Notes: generated by a model not told the origin, from the letters alone. DNA of 63,593 bases, filler included, from Licmophora abbreviata (GCA_900291995.1; 15 parts of 15 records of this genome joined end to end with filler, not necessarily neighbours in it); one strand, 5' to 3'; shown: positions 12,047 through 23,769, counted from the first letter of the whole stretch. Numbers and translations: made by a program.

Positions 12047-13266
12047 TTATCTTCCAGCTTTGGCTTTCTTTGACTCCAAACGGGCGATGATGTTGTGAGC
12101 GTCCTCGACACTTTCGAAACGAGACCCCCCTGCTGCCCGACGAGCCACGAGATCCCTTGCTCTCGCTGCGACTTCGACTTCGCCGTCGTCGATGCCTGTG
12201 ACTTCGACCACGCCCTCGCGAGCCAGAGTCGCTCTTGTCGCTAGATCCCTCTTCGCCGCGTCCGCGCTTACCTGGTGCATCTAAACCTCGACTATGCCGA
12301 TCTATCTTCTCGTCGCCACGCCCACCGCGACCCCGCCTATCCTCGCGAGAATCGTCGCTAACACTCCGACTCCGTCTCCGGCGTCGCTTGTGACTGTCGC
12401 GCCTATGCTTCCTATGCTTTCGTACTTCCTTTCGGCGACGCGACTCTTTCGGTTCATCTCGCTTCTTGCGTCGCTTTTTATCTCGCCGCCTCGATTCCTC
12501 GGAAGAGCTACGAGATGGACCGCGTCGTTCCCCTACTGGTCCATCTTGGTTCGTCGCTGTCATCCAAGCTGGCAGGGTCATGCCCCTACCTCGTCCCATG
12601 GGTTTTGCAGGCTCAGGAGCAACAGCCAACTGCTTCGCCGGAGGAGGATCTGGTTCACCTTCCTCATCGCCCACAAGGGCGTATCCGTTGATGAGCGTCT
12701 TGTTCCTGTCTCGCTCATGTTTCATGACCAATGATGACGACTGATAGTTCGCCATGGGATCCAACGCAACGCCCATGCCTATGCTAGAACTCAAGTTCTG
12801 TTCCAAAGCTCTTGACTGTGCATCTTTCTGTTGTCTCCCTTTACCATTCCCCAAATCACGCCCATCCTCCTGAGATGCATCCTTCATGGACAGCTGAATT
12901 TTGTGCCGCGTCTTGCCTTGGTCGTCTTGGGTTTCTGTCACAGCCAAGACTTTGACCCAAACTACATCATCCATCGAAACCGCATCGTCGACGCTTTCTA
13001 CTTTATACCTGTGAGTTTCAAGTACAGACGACCAGTGAGCAAGACGTCCAAGGCGTGACGAGGAAGAACATTATTGAACAAACTAACTACGAGTAAGCAT
13101 GAAAAGGTACTCACGATGTCAATTCGGAAATGTGAACCAAACCACGACCCCGAAAGTTTTCCAATTGGACAAAGGCACCATACGGTTCAATACGAACAAC
13201 AGTACCACGCTCGATTCTTCCTTCAGGCGGCGCGAACGGAACCCCAGGACGACGATGAGACGCCAT
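12047..13266 (-). CDS. S1 RNA-binding domain protein with Arg/Ser-rich tail (one intron, C-terminal frameshift)
   Basis: S1 signature GTVVRIEPYGAFVQL...GLVHISEL | YKVESVDDAVSMDDVVWVKVL...IQLSMK; GRGRGMTLPAWM; RS dipeptides. Confidence 0.8.
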
Positions 13267-13506
13267 GGTGAGGACGGGGTTTTGTGTCGTCGTGAGTTTT
13301 GGACGGGCCAATGACAGACGGACCAAAAGAGGTCCGGAGACGGTTGATAGACAGATCACGAGCATCTCACTTTTTCATCACGTCCTTTCTCGTGACTCGC
13401 ATGTCTTTACGCCTCGTGATCTGTAGAAGGATGATGAGCTGGTATTACCATAGGGCCTCTCAGAGTCACCTTGCTTGCGCTTCATGTGCCACAACTTTCT
13501 ATCATC

Positions 13507-14070
13507 ATGAACTATGAACCCCGAGACACCGAGCTGCACGTCGTCGCTTCGTCGGAGTGGCTTGGACGAGCACAACAGGCTGTGGCGGACCGAAAGATAG
13601 ATCTCGACGACATTCAAGAGATCTCGTCCCTGCACAGAAACGAGAAGAACAACAACAATAGCAAGTCCAAGAGACCAGGGGGCAAACGCAAGGAAGAGCA
13701 CGACTCACAAGTCGACGACGCCAAGTCGATCCAAGAACTCAAGCGAGCCATTCGCAACGTCCTTGGCGAGCTTGAGAAGGAGAGATTGCAACTCAAGTGC
13801 TATAAGTGGCAAGCGCGACTCAACCGGACCAAACTCGATCACGATAAGACCATATTGCGAGTTCAACAAATCAACCTCCAACGTGCTCAGGAACGATCTG
13901 CAATTATTGAGAGAAGTATCAAATCGTTGACTCAGAAGACGTTGAGTTTGCAGAGACAGAATGAGTTCACGACGAACTACCTCGAGAAATACCAGAGAGT
14001 AGTTCAACGACAACTTGACGAGGAGGAAGCGAGCGAAATGAAGAAGCCTCCGCGAAGACTTACTGTATGA
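13507..14070 (+). CDS. Hypothetical coiled-coil protein
   Basis: 187-aa ORF with heptad pattern, divergent from the S1 gene. Confidence 0.55.
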   Translation: MNYEPRDTELHVVASSEWLGRAQQAVADRKIDLDDIQEISSLHRNEKNNNNSKSKRPGGKRKEEHDSQVDDAKSIQELKRAIRNVLGELEKERLQLKCYKWQARLNRTKLDHDKTILRVQQINLQRAQERSAIIERSIKSLTQKTLSLQRQNEFTTNYLEKYQRVVQRQLDEEEASEMKKPPRRLTV

Positions 14071-14769
14071 TATGAATGGACGGCAGATGATCGCGTATCA
14101 CGTCCACCACGTCGTGACATAGTCATGCGCCGCCTGGCTGCTTCGCTTGCGTCGACAAGCGAATAGATGCTCCTTGCTACACAATACGTAAGGAACTAGA
14201 TATTTTAAAGTTCACTTTCTAAGCTAGACAATTTGTCCACGTCTGCTGCCATTGTTTCCAGGTAAAGTAGCGCTCCAATCCATTTACTTTCTCGACTCAA
14301 CTCGTGGTCCCGATCCGGATGGGGGTGCTTAAATGTCAAGGAGGCCCAAAGAGCAATACTAATAAGTATTCAGTACTGAAGTAGTGTATACTGATATTTA
14401 TTGGACAACATATATACAAGCGGTCATAATGACCATTTGGAAATATTTGAGACTACGGTCACAAATTGATATCATCAGGCAGCTAATGCATACTCGTAGT
14501 GCCTCACATTGTTTTGCGACAGGGCACAATTCGGATTTGCCAAACGCCTTGACTTCGCAGCCATTGATCTTGCTTGTAGGACCGTAGATTAGCCTTGAGT
14601 AGGCGATTGCCGAGGAAAAGGTGTGCCAAAACATTGAATGTGCGTCGCTAATTGTGAAGCACCNNNNNNNNNNNNNNNNNNNNNNNNNNNNNNNNNNNNN
14701 NNNNNNNTTAATTAATTAANNNNNNNNNNNNNNNNNNNNNNNNNNNNNNNNNNNNNNNNNNNNTATCCT

Positions 14770-16641
14770 TTGCAGAGACGACTAAACTTCAGCAAAACCC
14801 TCCGAAAGGTTGGCATCTACTTGACGTGGGGAGAGCTTCTGTTGCTCCTTCCTTTCCTTGCGGCCCTGCTCGTAGGAACTCTCTACAGTTTCGTTTCCCC
14901 AAGTGTATCGATCACTGGACATGCGTGTCGAACACCTCTAATCTTTGCTTTCGCTACTGCTATGCACAACTCTATCTTCACCCTTCTACTGGGAATTCCG
15001 TTTGAACGAGCACTGTGGTATCACAAGCTCTCGGGGCGGATTGCATTCGTCAACGCCATCTTGCATACGCACGTGTCCTTTTGGTATCCTGTTCCTCACG
15101 CGATTGATGCGTACACTAAGTCCAGAAAAGGAGAGGACACCGACTTTGTTGAATTTTCCTTCGCCGACCAGATCAACACGGCCGGGTCGATGCTGTTGAT
15201 CTTTATGTTTGTCATGCTGGCAACATCGATTCCGGCTATCAGGCACAAAGTCTTTGAGATATTTTACTATATTCACATCATCTTTGCTGTTGGCATGATT
15301 GGCTGTGCATTCTACCACTCTGGCGTGCTAGTTCCTATCCTCGCTGGGATGTGTTGGGGTGGCGACGTACTCACCCGAAAGTTGTTGATGGCGGTTGTTC
15401 GATATCCGAGGAGTGCGTCGATTCGCGCAATCAGCGACACAGTGGTCGAGCTAAGTTTCCCAAAGAGCAAGGGATTCGACTTTAACCCTGGTCAATACAT
15501 CTATCTCGCCCTCCCGGAACTGAGTGTGTTTGAGTGGCATCCGTTCAGCTTGTCTAGTAGCCCGCGACAGAAACTTGTCACTCTCCATATCCGGAAGTCA
15601 GGAGCATGGACGACGGCACTGTATGATCTGGCAAAGAGGAAGTCGGAGGTCTCGATCCTTTTTGAGGGGCCCTACGAGTCCTTAGGCGTCGATTTGATGA
15701 ACCGAGATAGGTACAAGATGGTCATGCTCTTTAGCGGCGGAATTGGAGTAACGCCCGGCCAGTCCATCTGCAACCAGCTACTGTATGAACATAGTACGAA
15801 GCAACGAGACCTGAAAAAGCTATCCTTCATATGGATTGAACGCGATCCTGTCGTCATGAAGAAGGTGGAAGTCCTTCGCCGAACATCCAGTGTCCGGTAC
15901 TCGATCAACATGAACGATCCTGAGTTGGAATCGGCTCTCGAGAGGGTCAGTGGTGAGCTGCACCCCGAGCGCGAGGAAACCGTGCCAATGGGCCTTGCTT
16001 CAACCATTCTAGCCTTGGTTCCAGTGAGCGGTACAACAGACGAACAGTTGGAAAAAGAGTATCCAATCGATGAACTTGTAGAGGATGGCGATGATGACGA
16101 GAAAGAGTATGACACTGACGACTTTAGCTCGTCCTTGGAGCTGTTTGGCCACTCGGCTCTTTTTCCAAGGATGCGCAATCGTCGAAAAAGCAATGAGAGC
16201 GACTTACGGCCGAGCACGATCGCAGGAAGTAACTCTTTCGTTTCGGACCAGGCACATCCTATGAGCATGTCATACACGACACCCGGGGAGAATAGACTAG
16301 GTGGAGACGACGGCACGTTCAGCGTCGCTGATACTTTTCTGGACAAGGCGTACAGCGGCCGGATTGAAGCTTCCACTGAGGAAGTCTTCGATCTACAGGT
16401 TTACCTGACGGAAGAACAATCGAGAAGTGCCATGTCCCACTTGCCCTTTGTCCAGATGGGAAGGCCGGACATCAAACAAATCTTCTTGAACATGAAGGAA
16501 GAGGCAATCGCCAAGGGGGAACGGCGCGTGGCCGTCTGTGTATGTGCTCCAGCATGCGTAGTCCATCTGTGTCGGAAGGCGTGTACAAAATATTCGGACA
16601 GGAACGTCTGCTTTGACTTCCATGAAGAGGTTTTCTCATAG
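14770..16641 (+). CDS. NADPH oxidase / ferric reductase (NOX/FRE) family flavocytochrome, 5' end in gap
   Basis: Paired heme His residues (WYHKLSG...ILHT; YIHI...FYH), FAD motif EWHPFS, GGIGVTP, C-terminal FHEEVFS. Confidence 0.92.
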   Translation: MQRRLNFSKTLRKVGIYLTWGELLLLLPFLAALLVGTLYSFVSPSVSITGHACRTPLIFAFATAMHNSIFTLLLGIPFERALWYHKLSGRIAFVNAILHTHVSFWYPVPHAIDAYTKSRKGEDTDFVEFSFADQINTAGSMLLIFMFVMLATSIPAIRHKVFEIFYYIHIIFAVGMIGCAFYHSGVLVPILAGMCWGGDVLTRKLLMAVVRYPRSASIRAISDTVVELSFPKSKGFDFNPGQYIYLALPELSVFEWHPFSLSSSPRQKLVTLHIRKSGAWTTALYDLAKRKSEVSILFEGPYESLGVDLMNRDRYKMVMLFSGGIGVTPGQSICNQLLYEHSTKQRDLKKLSFIWIERDPVVMKKVEVLRRTSSVRYSINMNDPELESALERVSGELHPEREETVPMGLASTILALVPVSGTTDEQLEKEYPIDELVEDGDDDEKEYDTDDFSSSLELFGHSALFPRMRNRRKSNESDLRPSTIAGSNSFVSDQAHPMSMSYTTPGENRLGGDDGTFSVADTFLDKAYSGRIEASTEEVFDLQVYLTEEQSRSAMSHLPFVQMGRPDIKQIFLNMKEEAIAKGERRVAVCVCAPACVVHLCRKACTKYSDRNVCFDFHEEVFS

Positions 16642-16700
16642 AAGACAGCACTAATGGCGTCTATAACATACAGTCATAACATACAAACATATATATCAAG

Positions 16701-17627
16701 CTACCTGTTGTACACGAGCGGATACAAGTCGAACGTATTGTACATTTCCGCCATGATCTCCGGTATGTCAGGGCCCAGATTGGTCATCATTGGAAACACG
16801 GTTTCAAGTGATTGTACAAGCGACTCCAGCGAGTCGTGCAATCGAACATAGGCATTCGGTGCTCCCAGAGTGGGACGAGGGTGAGAATCTACCAGAAGAA
16901 ATGGTAAGCCTTTTGCATCCTCTGGTATCGGATGTGGCGGCAGCGCCAACAGCACCGTCTCGGGCGTCTTGGTCATGATCACAGCCAACCATTCGTGATT
17001 ACCTTTTGTTTCTTCGAGGCATGCTTCGAGTATGGGTCGTAGTCCCAAGGGATGTGCGGGATCCGAACTTAGAATACCTTGGCGTACTCCCCCCTCAACC
17101 AAGCGAAGGTTTCGTTGAAAGAGGGGCAATTCGGTTCCTTCCATGGTGGACGACGCAGTCAGCTGCAGTACTTGTTCGGGCGACATGTGTTCCACAGTAG
17201 TACTACTAGTAGTACTAGTCGTTGTTTCTGGTAGACTCTGCAGAGCTCGATACGAAGCGATTCCTTCGTGAACGGTCGTCGAGATCCACTTGGACGACAA
17301 AAGACTACTAGGTGACAATAGCTCATCGCTCACCCTCATGTTTAGTCCCTCCAGCAGTCTAGCTGCACCCGTCAGGGCAATACAGGTACACGCCGATCGT
17401 CCATCGTCCACACTGTACTGACTGATACTACAATGAAGCATCGTGGGAGAGTGCACTGTAGCTGTGGCGTTTGTCGTTGCTCTTGTATCAGTCTCACCAT
17501 CACTACTCCCAACAACGGTGCCTCCTAGCAAGTAGTCAATGGCTCGCTCCACATTCCCATCCGACACGGTCCAAGCCACTTGCACTTGCGCTTCGTCAGA
17601 AAATCCCATGGCGACTAATTGATCCAT
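16701..17627 (-). CDS. UBA domain + viral-tegument-like (VTD / peptidase C76-like) deubiquitinase
   Basis: UBA (QLVAMGFSD...GNVERAIDYLL); SQYSVDDGRSACTCIAL with candidate catalytic Cys; FLLVDSHPR (D-x-H). Confidence 0.65.
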   Translation of the reverse strand: MDQLVAMGFSDEAQVQVAWTVSDGNVERAIDYLLGGTVVGSSDGETDTRATTNATATVHSPTMLHCSISQYSVDDGRSACTCIALTGAARLLEGLNMRVSDELLSPSSLLSSKWISTTVHEGIASYRALQSLPETTTSTTSSTTVEHMSPEQVLQLTASSTMEGTELPLFQRNLRLVEGGVRQGILSSDPAHPLGLRPILEACLEETKGNHEWLAVIMTKTPETVLLALPPHPIPEDAKGLPFLLVDSHPRPTLGAPNAYVRLHDSLESLVQSLETVFPMMTNLGPDIPEIMAEMYNTFDLYPLVYNR

Positions 17628-17996
17628 CTTGACGATGCTGTTCAACGTGACCAACAAAGGACTATACTAGCAGTGTAGAAGCGAGACGAGGGAAAGCGTG
17701 ATGCTCTAGATCTTTCACATCGTCAAAATAGAAAATAGTCGTCATTGTCAACACCGCACACTCGATTGTGTCTGCGTCTCGCTTGTGTTGGTTTGGCTGT
17801 TGAAAGTGCAAACGGGGTGATAGTTTGAGCTAAAAAGAATCAGCCGATCTGATTGTGTCTGTACCATGACGCCATCGTCCCCGCCGGCGGCGGCGTCACG
17901 AAGCACACACCAGCGAAGCACGCCTCCTTGCAGTCTCAAGTCGTTATCCCCTCCTCGTCACTCTCTTCCGACGCAGTCTCACATAGCAGCAGCTCA

Positions 17997-18587
17997 ATGT
18001 CATCTTCGAAAGAAGATTCCGCGAGCCCCACTCATGTTTCCGAAGCATCCATGGAATTCCTCATGCACGAAGTCTTCAAGTGGGTCGAGGAGCAGAGCAG
18101 CCGGAATACGACCGGCAAAAACACGGAAGAAGGTGCCATTTTGGCTGCTGAAATGGCCGCGGCGCGATTGGAACGCATGGGGTACTCGGTAGGATATCGT
18201 TTGTGCGAACGACTGGCACAGAATAAAGCATTTACGTCTCCCAATAACAAGACAGATCCAGGTCAAGCCGAGGCCACCATGCAGTTGGAGGCTGTCAAGT
18301 TTCTGTGCAAGGAATTTTGGATGGAAGTCTTTCGCAAGCAAGTGGATAAACTACAAACAAACCATCGGGGTGTCTTTGTCTTGAAGGATCTGGAATTGCG
18401 ATGGTTGACGCGACTCCCGTCCAACCAAGAAGAGGCGAGGGTCGCAACAATCAAAATTCTCGCCTTTCCATGTGGACTTCTAAGAGGAGCATTGGCGAAT
18501 CTCAATATTGCAGCGGTCGTGTCGTGCGACTTCTTGGCCGATGGGCAAAACATGGCGGCGTGTTCGTTCAACATCAAAATTAAATGA
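17997..18587 (+). CDS. TRAPPC6: TRAPP complex subunit Trs33/TRAPPC6
   Basis: LERMGYSVGYRLCERL, KFLCKEFW...KQVDKLQTNHRGVFVLKD, FPCGLLRGAL. Confidence 0.95.
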   Translation: MSSSKEDSASPTHVSEASMEFLMHEVFKWVEEQSSRNTTGKNTEEGAILAAEMAAARLERMGYSVGYRLCERLAQNKAFTSPNNKTDPGQAEATMQLEAVKFLCKEFWMEVFRKQVDKLQTNHRGVFVLKDLELRWLTRLPSNQEEARVATIKILAFPCGLLRGALANLNIAAVVSCDFLADGQNMAACSFNIKIK

Positions 18588-18659
18588 ATAGAGAGACACT
18601 CTACAATGCCGTCGCCAGGCTGACCGATGCTCTGGAGGTAGCTCATCATTCTGCTCTTA

Positions 18660-19129
18660 TTATATCTTGTCCGATGACTTTGTTACTTCTACCTTGGGGA
18701 GTGCCGTTGCACCTGAATCTGCAGTGATCGGTTCTAGATTCGGGACCTTTCCGTCCTCCGCCTCGACATGGCTGGCCTTGATCTTGACCTCTGCGTTCCC
18801 AGTAGGCAAAAGAGAATAAGACGACATGAGTCCTTCATCCTTCTCACCACCCCACTCTTGTTTCAAACAGTCTTACAACACTCACCGAAATTTCCACTCT
18901 TGTTCATTTCTCCCCTGACAATGCCATGCAGCAGCATGTCTTCGGCTTCGTCAATCATAGTAAAGAGTCCCTCCAGATGTGGTCCAGGCAAGACAGTACG
19001 ATTCTTGTCGAATTCGGTACGTATGGCAACTCTCGATTCTCTCATGGCCTTGTCGTCCCCTTGAAAGAGCAACCTCCGAGCGCGAAACAGACGGCGGTAT
19101 CCTGCCAAGGCGCGAGTAGTGCTGGTCAT
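18660..19129 (-). CDS. LYRM7: LYR-motif mitochondrial complex III assembly factor (Mzm1/LYRM7-like); exons 19129-18886 and 18790-18660
   Basis: YRRLFRARRLLFQGD...R.EF...EAEDML.HGIVRG; the splice restores NF-EVKI. Confidence 0.8.
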
Positions 19130-19500
19130 GACGCTTCAGTCACGGTTTGCCCTTCGTGGAGTCTGATCAATCGCAAAGACAGAAACGGAGACTCCCAGGC
19201 GTATGCACGGCAGTACAAGGCGAGTACAACACGATGAGTATCCCCATCAACGGTCGCGTCGTCGCGACACACCACAATGGCGGGGTTTGTTGAAGTCGAG
19301 ACCGCGAACAAAGGGCGGCGCGGGGCGGCGGCTCAAAAAACGTTTCCCGCCAAAATTTCAAACTTTTGGATCGNNNNNNNNNNNNNNNNNNNNNNNNNNN
19401 NNNNNNNNNNNNNNNNNTTAATTAATTAANNNNNNNNNNNNNNNNNNNNNNNNNNNNNNNNNNNNNNNNNNNNTAGAAGAGTACGATAAACTATACTCGA

Positions 19501-20265
19501 ATGTGTCCATCCGATCATCAGGACCACCAGGAGACGGATCCATGTACGTCTCTGCTGGCGGAGAAACTCTTGGAGTCAAAATGCGCCTCTTCCGAAGAAG
19601 AGGCATGGAGCGTCGCCGAGGCAATTGTCAGTTCTACTGGTGATGACTGTGACGATAGAAAGGCAGCCCTTGTCTCAGGCTTGCTCGACTTTTATAGCTG
19701 TTCCTTGTCACAGGAGCTAGCAGAGCAACTGGTTGATGGCATGCTTCGGGATATATCGGCTGAGCCGGGAGATGCTAGCGACGACGAGTCGTCTTTTGAC
19801 GAAACCAACTTGCAGTCTGACGACGACGACGAGACCGGTGCTGGTGACGATGGAGGGTTCATTGGAGAAGGCGAATGCGAGCTGTGCGAGCGATACATTC
19901 GGCTGACCAAGCATCACTTGATACCGAGATGTACGTGGCCGAGAATGGAAACGAAGTTGAAACATGCGGCGCAAGCTTGTAGAAGGGGAGACGATGCTCG
20001 GGCAACGGCTCTCTTGGGAGATGAACTGAAACATTTTCTGCCTGTGCTTAAGATGGATTCCAGCAGACGTAGCATTCGAACTTGTCTACAGAAAACTTGC
20101 GAGATCTGTCGGCCCTGTCACGATGCTGTGCACCGTACGCATGACAACATGACGCTTGCCCTCGAATTCAACCAAGTCGAGAAGCTACTTGCGGATGAGC
20201 AGACCTGCAAGTTTGCAAAATGGGCCAACAAACAAAAACCGGGCAAGTATTTTGTCAAAGCATGA
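19501..20265 (+). CDS. HNH-like zinc-finger protein (YisB-like)
   Basis: CELCER...LTKHHLIPR ... ICRPCHDAVH...N. Confidence 0.75.
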   Translation: MCPSDHQDHQETDPCTSLLAEKLLESKCASSEEEAWSVAEAIVSSTGDDCDDRKAALVSGLLDFYSCSLSQELAEQLVDGMLRDISAEPGDASDDESSFDETNLQSDDDDETGAGDDGGFIGEGECELCERYIRLTKHHLIPRCTWPRMETKLKHAAQACRRGDDARATALLGDELKHFLPVLKMDSSRRSIRTCLQKTCEICRPCHDAVHRTHDNMTLALEFNQVEKLLADEQTCKFAKWANKQKPGKYFVKA

Positions 20266-20394
20266 TCGATTAACCCTCCTTGAGTGTTTAGTAGTACGTC
20301 GTAGATTACTTGAGCTATACTTAGATTCCCCAATCGCGAGCTACCATACACACACATTCAAACAAGCAACACGAACAAGAACCGACTCTCGTCC

Positions 20395-22344
20395 CTAAAT
20401 TTCATTGTTCTTCACCATGTTACGATACTTATCCTGCATTTGCACACACGTCAGTCGTCAGTAAGCGTGAGATGGAACACAGCCATCCGCATCACGCTCA
20501 AAAAAGGAAAACGAGTCGTTTGGTCTTACCTTGATATTCATAGCCGTTCGGTTTCGCAAGATGACAGCAAAGTGAGGGTTTCTCTTCATTTGTTCCCAAT
20601 TTCCAACTCCATGTTCGGCGACGGCTTGGCGAATGGCCATAGTTTCCTCATCCGAAAACTTGATGCGCTTTCGTTGACCCCGGGCATCAGGCGCTACCTG
20701 GACCTTGCGAGGCGTGCGAACATGAGCATGCTCGGGGATTGCGCTCAACTGCACGCCTCCAGTGGCCACCGGTACCGCCTGTTCCTCTTCATCGTCCGAG
20801 CTGTCGAAAGCAATAGCCGTCGCGGACTTCTTCTTTTCATACAGATGGCTTCCGTCTCTCTTGGGCTGCCCCGCAGCTGTACTTGCGAGAGCGCTCATTT
20901 CTTCCAGCGGATCCGTGCCCTCATTGCGGAGGTTGCGTCGCGCTTCATGGAGATTCGCCAGACTGGGATCAATAACCGGCGCCGGAGATGGTTTGATTAC
21001 TTTCGCAGCCGGCTTCATCTCATTGTCGGCCTGCGTCACTTCCAAGACACGCTTATTGCCTTTGTTCGCTAGCACAGGCAATTCGTTCTCGTCATTCTCC
21101 TCGTCTTGGGCTTCTTCCGAGGCAGGAGCAGCGGCAAAAGGAGAAGTCGGTTCTGCCTGCGAAGGTGCTGATAGGGGCGTCGGTACTAATTGGTCCTGAT
21201 CATCTCCAGTGTATCCAAGCCTGGTCAACGTTGACTGCGCGTCCATACCTTCGTCACCCAAGCAGTCGCGCAGCCAACGCGTAATCAGCACCTGGAGCTT
21301 TTGCTGAAAGAAAAGGAGGCTGAAGGGCTTAGCTTTCAACAGGTCACGAAGTTTGCCTGGAGGAGCCAAGGAAATACCATTCGACCGTGTCGATCTACCC
21401 ACTTCCTCGCGAACCAGAAGCACTTCGAGCGCTTGGCGGACCGTCTCGTCGGCGTCCTCTTCGTCTAGGTTCGCGATGTGATCTCTGAGAGCAAATAATG
21501 AAAGAAGAACAACGAACATGAGACTTTTCAGTTTGCGAACAGGAATTCTTCTTATTCAACGACTCAAAAGTACATACGCAAACTTGCTCAACTGGGCCGC
21601 ATCGATCTTCACGGGTTTGCTACTCGCGGCTTCGTGAGCGACCTGTTGTTCTAGCTCCCAGCGAATGCTTGCCAACGCCCGGTGAAGCTGAATGAGACGA
21701 ACGATTTTCTGCAGCTGTTTGGTGTAAAGACCCTGACTGGCACGTTCCGTATCTTCGTCCTTGTCTTCTTCGTCTCCGTAATCTCCCTTCGAATCCTTGC
21801 GCACAAGAACTTCCTTGGCTTCCTCCAGTAGCCCCTCCAAGTCAATCCAATGATACTCCTTCCACGCCGCAAGGGGGAGTGCAGGAGAGAGGAGATTCTT
21901 CTTCTTTCTGGGAGCCTTCTGTGTCGATACTGCTTTCTGCTGCTCTTCCTCGACAGCAGCTTGGTATGCTTCGACACTGTACGGATCTGGGGAATGACAT
22001 ACGGCGGCGACAATCTTCGCTAGCTTGTACCGGACAAACGTGGGACCAAACGCGGGCGCCTCCAGTTTACTCCAAAAGAACTGGAATGTGATGATATCAC
22101 AGCAGCAGAGAACACATATGTGAGCAGAAAAGTCTTTGTCAATGTGATACTCCACAGATAGATTCCTCAAAATCAACAAAAATCAAAACATGCTCACAGA
22201 GCTGTCATTGATTGATCTTACCTCCAATGTTTTCCAATGATCGACCTTTTCCTCTGGATCTCTCAACACCTTGTCGAGTAGCCAGTTCAGAATATCCGCG
22301 GATACATGATGCGCCCTCGGCGTCACTTCTAGAGACGTGGGCAT
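20395..22344 (-). CDS. Telomere-repeat-binding-factor-like protein with C-terminal telobox Myb domain (about 4 exons)
   Basis: RKRIKFSDEETMAIRQAVAEHGVGNW...LRNRTAMNIK, spliced to a short last exon DKYRNMVKNNEI* (20395-20433); helical N-terminal exons. Confidence 0.75.
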
Positions 22345-22764
22345 GGTCGACGATGATGATGATGACAATGACGACGCTTCACAAAACTGGCGCGGGGGTC
22401 CAAAGTTCTACGTGATTTCTACGTTAATTTGGTACTGCGGTACATGGTGAATTCGGAACGCGAACGCCTGTCTGCCGCGGTCTGTATTTTGTACGGATAA
22501 GATGTGGTCCGCCCGTCGTCAGAAAGAATAATCGTGGATTATCATCACGCGAGCACGTTGTCATCGCGCGCCGTTGTCCGATGACGTTTGAAAAAGAAGA
22601 TCGAATCCATATTGCAATCCAAAGATACACCGTGCAAGGATGATGACAAGAGTCAGTTCATACAAGGAAGCACCAGCTTTACGGGGCTACTTTGTTGATC
22701 CCTCATGATTTGAGTTCATCATCGGTGACGTGGTTTTAGTAGAGACTCAAAGTATAACCTGATG

Positions 22765-23769
22765 GGTACCGCGGCATGAGTTACTCCCGGCAGGATTCTC
22801 CCGAAAGAAGTGACTTCCATGAGTACCGCGGTACCAGTTACTCCCGGCACAATAAAAGAATTGTTGGATCTTGGNNNNNNNNNNNNNNNNNNNNNNNNNN
22901 NNNNNNNNNNNNNNNNNNTTAATTAATTAANNNNNNNNNNNNNNNNNNNNNNNNNNNNNNNNNNNNNNNNNNNNGTGAAATTGAACAGATGAAACAGACT
23001 TTGAAAGATGATCTTCTGAAGCAGGTGGAGGAAGAATTTTATCGTCGTCGACGAGAGCGCCTCTTTCACTTTCTCTATGTTGTGTACAATCTGCTATACG
23101 CCGCTCTCGTCGAGTTCCCGACGTGGCTTTTTGACACATGCAGAAAAGTCAAATGAATGAGCACAAGGACGCCATAAGCGCCGCAAGAGTCCGGCCTAGG
23201 CAACAGCAATAACGAAACACACTTTTTTGGTAGATGTTTTACGATGTAGGTTCAGCACTGACATCGATTTGAATCTATAGATACTCCCCAAGAACAGCCT
23301 ATCCGTACACCGGTACCGTGCGGTATGATACAAACCCGGCGATATCTGTGAGTACCTCGCCGGTATACCTTCAGACGTCCGGATGATGACGTCCCTGCTC
23401 GATATTACTTATACTAACTTCGTAGAAGCACGGATTTTAGTAACCCGGCTCTTACCTTTCAAAGCTGATATGATATCCTGCTCCACCATGACGCAACCAC
23501 AACTTGGGCATGATGAGATATGTCATGCAGCATATGATGATGATGATAGCCATGCCGCCGAGCCCGACATGAAACAATCATGCTTTTCACACCTGAGTCA
23601 GCCTAGTCAGTCTACGTACCCGGTAGTCGAGTCACGCTGTGGTACTCGCTTCTACAGTCTTTCTTCAGGAAGTATGTGTACCTGATGATGTGTTCTCTTA
23701 GTCCTGACACGAGTGGCGGTGTGGCGGATTGCGGTAGATTGCGGTATGGTGGTACCAGGTACTCCCGGC
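22765..23769. repeat. Dispersed short repeat GTACC...TACTCCCGGC in a gene-poor stretch
   Basis: Copies at 22765-22791, 22823-22848 and 23751-23769; degenerate copy at ~23310-23340. Confidence 0.55.
22977..23156 (+). CDS. Possible 3' fragment of a gene cut by the gap (helix plus hydrophobic tail)
   Basis: Hand translation EIEQMKQTLKDDLLKQVEEEFYRRRRERLFHFLYVVYNLLYAALVEFPTWLFDTCRKVK*. Confidence 0.3.
   Translation, partial: EIEQMKQTLKDDLLKQVEEEFYRRRRERLFHFLYVVYNLLYAALVEFPTWLFDTCRKVK

Noticed and set aside
14398..14663. Cys-containing minus-strand ORF running from the gap
   Set aside because: Short, with an AT-rich end and no recognisable domain; cannot be supported
16701..17627. Endogenous viral insertion suggested by the herpes-like DUB
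   Set aside because: Fused to a eukaryotic UBA, flanked by housekeeping genes, and no other viral genes nearby
19860..20150. HNH motif as evidence of a homing endonuclease or mobile element
   Set aside because: Matches a conserved cellular YisB-like protein; no flanking repeats or intron context
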